Shown: piece after piece, positions 29,446 to 32,000 of the stretch
Numbering within the stretch: position 1 is the stretch's first letter
How the letters are laid out: every line of letters begins with the position of its first letter
Assembly (NCBI RefSeq): GCF_000354175.2
Contig: NC_022349.1
Span: 2,010,001 to 2,042,000 of the forward strand
Reading direction: 5' to 3'
Length of the DNA stretch: 32,000 nt
Source: Vibrio alginolyticus NBRC 15630 = ATCC 17749
Lineage (GTDB): Bacteria > Pseudomonadota > Gammaproteobacteria > Enterobacterales > Vibrionaceae
Notes under the pieces: generated by a model
What the model saw: only the letters and a program-made list of their open reading frames with translations
What the model was told of the DNA's origin: nothing
Databases searched by the model: none
Position numbers and translations under genes: made by a program

Positions 29446-29562
29446 AAAGGGTCGGTTGCTCCAATCCGTTTTGGCAATGCTTACGTAGTGAATCGCCACG
29501 TTCGTGACAATCAAGGGCGGTATTTTGCTATACCAAGCAAGAAAGGCAAGTTTTTGCTGAAT

Positions 29563-29588
29563 AAAAAGGCCAGCATAGGCTGGCCTTT
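29563..29588 (-). terminator. Rho-independent terminator after the nuclease gene
   Basis: AAAAA-GGCCAGC-atag-GCTGGCC-TTT. The minus-strand transcript ends with the stem followed by UUUUU. It lies 47 nt after the stop at 29635. Confidence 0.65.
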
Positions 29589-29634
29589 GGTCTTTACAGC
29601 TATTTAGGAACTGTTTGTCAGGAAGTAAATTCGC

Positions 29635-32000
29635 TTAGCGGCGACGACGGAATAAGCCGAGACCTAGCAGCGCAAATAGAGCACCAAAACCAAACGAACC
29701 ACCATCTGAATCCTTCGACCCTTCTGTTCCAGCTTCAGTTTGCGTCATTGAAACATCACGAACAGAGCTAAACTTCACGATATTACCTGTCGAGTCAGTC
29801 ACTTTCTCTTCTAACTGATAATTACCTTGCTCTGGCGTTTGTTCAAACTCAATATTCACGCTACGCGCATCAATATCAGCTTGAACTAAAGTTTGGCTAG
29901 CCGAGTAAGCTTTCGTATCGCTGCTTGCCGCAGCCGCTTGTGTGGATGGCGTTAAGTTCACCGTAACAATATCGCCCACAACCGCCGTTGGTGGTAAACG
30001 GACATCGACGGCTAAGTTGTCACCTGCTTTCGGTAAATCGATGTCATCATCTGGTAAATCAATCGCGATGATCACTGGATCGTGGTCAGAGGCAGAGAAC
30101 GCATCTTTGTACTTCGGCATATCACCTGTGTACTTGCTGCTGTATTCGAACAAGTTACTCTCTAGTGAGTTGATGTGCCAATCTTCAATTGCTACCACTT
30201 TTTGCGCTAGGCTACTGCTTGCCAATGCGTGGTCCAAATTACCCAGCTCGCCCGAATAGGTGTAAGAAAACGTATCAGTGCCGTGCAGCAACGTGTTTAA
30301 ATTGTGCAGACCGTAACCTTTTTCAATTTTGGTCTTCTCTACTTGAAGTTCACCATCACCAATGGTTGTGTAAGCAGCAGTATAAATGTCACGGCCGTAT
30401 TTCTCTTTCGAGTAATCAGTCAGTGTCAGAAGTGGGTCTTCCATGCCATAAGCATTGAGGTCGCCCATGAGCAATACATCGCCTTTCACCTCTTTCAACG
30501 CTTCACCCACTGCGTGCGCAGCAGAAACGCGGAAGTTGTTACAGTTGCCTTGCAGATCCGCTGGCTCAGAATCTTCTACACCGGCAATCCACTCTTCAAT
30601 ACACTCAGAGCCTTTCGACTTAAAGTGGTTTACGACAATAGACAAATCTTCACCCGTCTCTTTCACCGTGAAGGTTTGTAGCAAGCTATGACGTTGGTAT
30701 TTGTCGTAAGCTGGGTTGCCTTCCGCACCGTCATTACGCGTAATGGTGTTTTCTTCGATGTGCTGCTCTGGCGTCACAATCACTTTCGCCGCTTCTTTTG
30801 GCGTCACTTCGTTTGCACGGTATAGGATTGCCACCATGATCGCATCACTACCAAAGTACTCATCTTGGTATTTGTCTTGATCCGCGATTTCGACATACGT
30901 GTAATGATCTTCAGCGTCATCAATCTCAGCATTTAGGGCATCAACTAAGTTTTGGATAGCACTGCCATCACCAAAGCCGTTGTTTTCCACTTCCATCAAA
31001 CCAATAACGTCTGCGTCCATCTTGTTCATCGCCGCAACGATTTTCGCTTGCTGGATCAGGAATTCGTCTAGATTAGTCGCACCACGGTTTTGTCCGGTTG
31101 GGTTTTCATGACCACTGTCAGCCACGGAGTTGAAGTAGTTCAGTACGTTGAAGCTTGCAATACGCAAATCTGAGTCCGCAATCGCTGGGGCATCTTTACG
31201 AGCCACGTCGAAGCCTTCACCTGAAGTCACGAAGTTGGTGTTATTGACTTCATTTGTCGCAATCAGGCGGTATTCGTTGTAGCTGTAAGCCACGACACCC
31301 TGTAGACCTTCTACTCGAGAACCAAGGCGAATGTGCTGCTCTGAAGAGCCATCTTGATCTGCATCTTTAGCAAAATCTGGGTAGTATGGGATTTGGCCGT
31401 TTGGTGCTTTGCCATCTGATTCTAGGTATACGCGGTTCGCTGCGTTGTCTTTTGCTAGCTCAACGGCTGCATCGCTCTCTGCCGCGTGTAATTGAGTCGG
31501 CTTTAACAATGGCGCTTCATGAGAGAGCATCATATTGTTACGACGTGAATCGTAGTCGTAAGAGAAGTTTCGAGTTACAAACAAGTCACTTGCCGAGGTC
31601 AACTCAACTTGCATGCCTTCATGACGCTCTAGTGCATCACGTAGTGTCTCACCTTCTTTGATAACAAGATCGGTAACTCGAGGGGTTTCAGAGGTGCCTG
31701 TTTTCACATAGCTGTTAGCATCAGAAGCAAGCTGAGTATTGCTGTAATACTCTTGAACTTTACCTTTCACACAAACAACATCACCAGCTTTCAGCGCCGT
31801 GTCCGCCGCGTCGGTATGAATGAACAAGCCTTCTGAGGTCTTGTCGTTGTTGTCGCTTTCTAATGCTTGTAGGTAGAAACCTTTGGTTAGGCCAGTGGTA
31901 ACAGCAGTCACGACACCAGTTACGAAATGATCTTCGTCAGTAATGTATGGGTAACCATCAATGAATGGAGACGTATCGCCTTCACCTTGAATATCTTGGA
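29635..32000 (-). CDS. xds: Extracellular nuclease of the ExeM/NucH/Xds type (OB-fold plus endonuclease/exonuclease/phosphatase domain) with a GlyGly-CTERM sorting tail; 5' end lies beyond the window
   Basis: The reading frame stays open from 31911 to the window edge (...QDIQGEGDTSPFIDGYPYITDEDHFVTGVV-V-TAVTTG...), so the track start (a GTG) is internal. EEP motifs LRIASFNVLNYFN, GLMEVENNG, VVNHFKSKGS, LMGDLNAY and SASDHDPV are present. The C-terminus is SDGGSFGFGALFALLGLGLFRRRR. The symbol is by analogy to V. cholerae Xds, from memory. Confidence 0.85.
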   Translation of the reverse strand, partial: QDIQGEGDTSPFIDGYPYITDEDHFVTGVVTAVTTGLTKGFYLQALESDNNDKTSEGLFIHTDAADTALKAGDVVCVKGKVQEYYSNTQLASDANSYVKTGTSETPRVTDLVIKEGETLRDALERHEGMQVELTSASDLFVTRNFSYDYDSRRNNMMLSHEAPLLKPTQLHAAESDAAVELAKDNAANRVYLESDGKAPNGQIPYYPDFAKDADQDGSSEQHIRLGSRVEGLQGVVAYSYNEYRLIATNEVNNTNFVTSGEGFDVARKDAPAIADSDLRIASFNVLNYFNSVADSGHENPTGQNRGATNLDEFLIQQAKIVAAMNKMDADVIGLMEVENNGFGDGSAIQNLVDALNAEIDDAEDHYTYVEIADQDKYQDEYFGSDAIMVAILYRANEVTPKEAAKVIVTPEQHIEENTITRNDGAEGNPAYDKYQRHSLLQTFTVKETGEDLSIVVNHFKSKGSECIEEWIAGVEDSEPADLQGNCNNFRVSAAHAVGEALKEVKGDVLLMGDLNAYGMEDPLLTLTDYSKEKYGRDIYTAAYTTIGDGELQVEKTKIEKGYGLHNLNTLLHGTDTFSYTYSGELGNLDHALASSSLAQKVVAIEDWHINSLESNLFEYSSKYTGDMPKYKDAFSASDHDPVIIAIDLPDDDIDLPKAGDNLAVDVRLPPTAVVGDIVTVNLTPSTQAAAASSDTKAYSASQTLVQADIDARSVNIEFEQTPEQGNYQLEEKVTDSTGNIVKFSSVRDVSMTQTEAGTEGSKDSDGGSFGFGALFALLGLGLFRRRR

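Noticed and set aside
31909-31911. ORF-track start codon of the nuclease (758-aa version).
   Set aside because: The codon is GTG and the frame stays open upstream to the window edge. That upstream stretch encodes IQGEGDTSPF, typical of this nuclease family, so the gene is 5'-truncated by the window and does not start here.

Overview
This window reads as conserved core chromosome of a Vibrio-like gammaproteobacterium, judged from gene order and protein sequences such as CRP, EF-Tu and an Xds-like nuclease; the taxon call is from memory, not a search. About 97 percent of the window is explained by 36 protein genes: metL' (partial), metB, metJ (with tandem met boxes), a short malic enzyme, bfr-bfd, the str operon (rpsL-rpsG-fusA-tufA), yheO-tusDCB, fkpA, a WD40 propeller gene coupled to slyX, iaaA, slyD, yheV, kefGB, yheS plus a DUF2390/TIGR02444-like ORF, yheT, yheU, prkB, crp, a short DUF1338 protein, astD-astA-argD/astC, pabA, and the 3' part of an extracellular nuclease with a GlyGly-CTERM tail. 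From bfr to pabA the order largely mirrors the E. coli bfr-to-pabA region as I recall it. The differences from that recalled order are three extra genes (the WD40 gene, iaaA and the DUF2390-like ORF), astA-astD and the DUF1338 gene lying beside argD, and no yhfA homologue. I corrected many ORF-track starts by homology and Shine-Dalgarno position. I see no rRNA, tRNA, CRISPR array, transposase, integrase, phage gene or recognisable defence system. I therefore do not claim a novel system here. The most interesting leads are modest: gene pairs of unknown function with overlapping stop and start codons (WD40-slyX, yheS-DUF2390), a truncated AST cluster followed by a DUF1338 enzyme, and several unexplained palindromes and hairpins in intergenic regions. 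All homology statements rest on recalled sequences and motifs visible in the translations. No database search was run.
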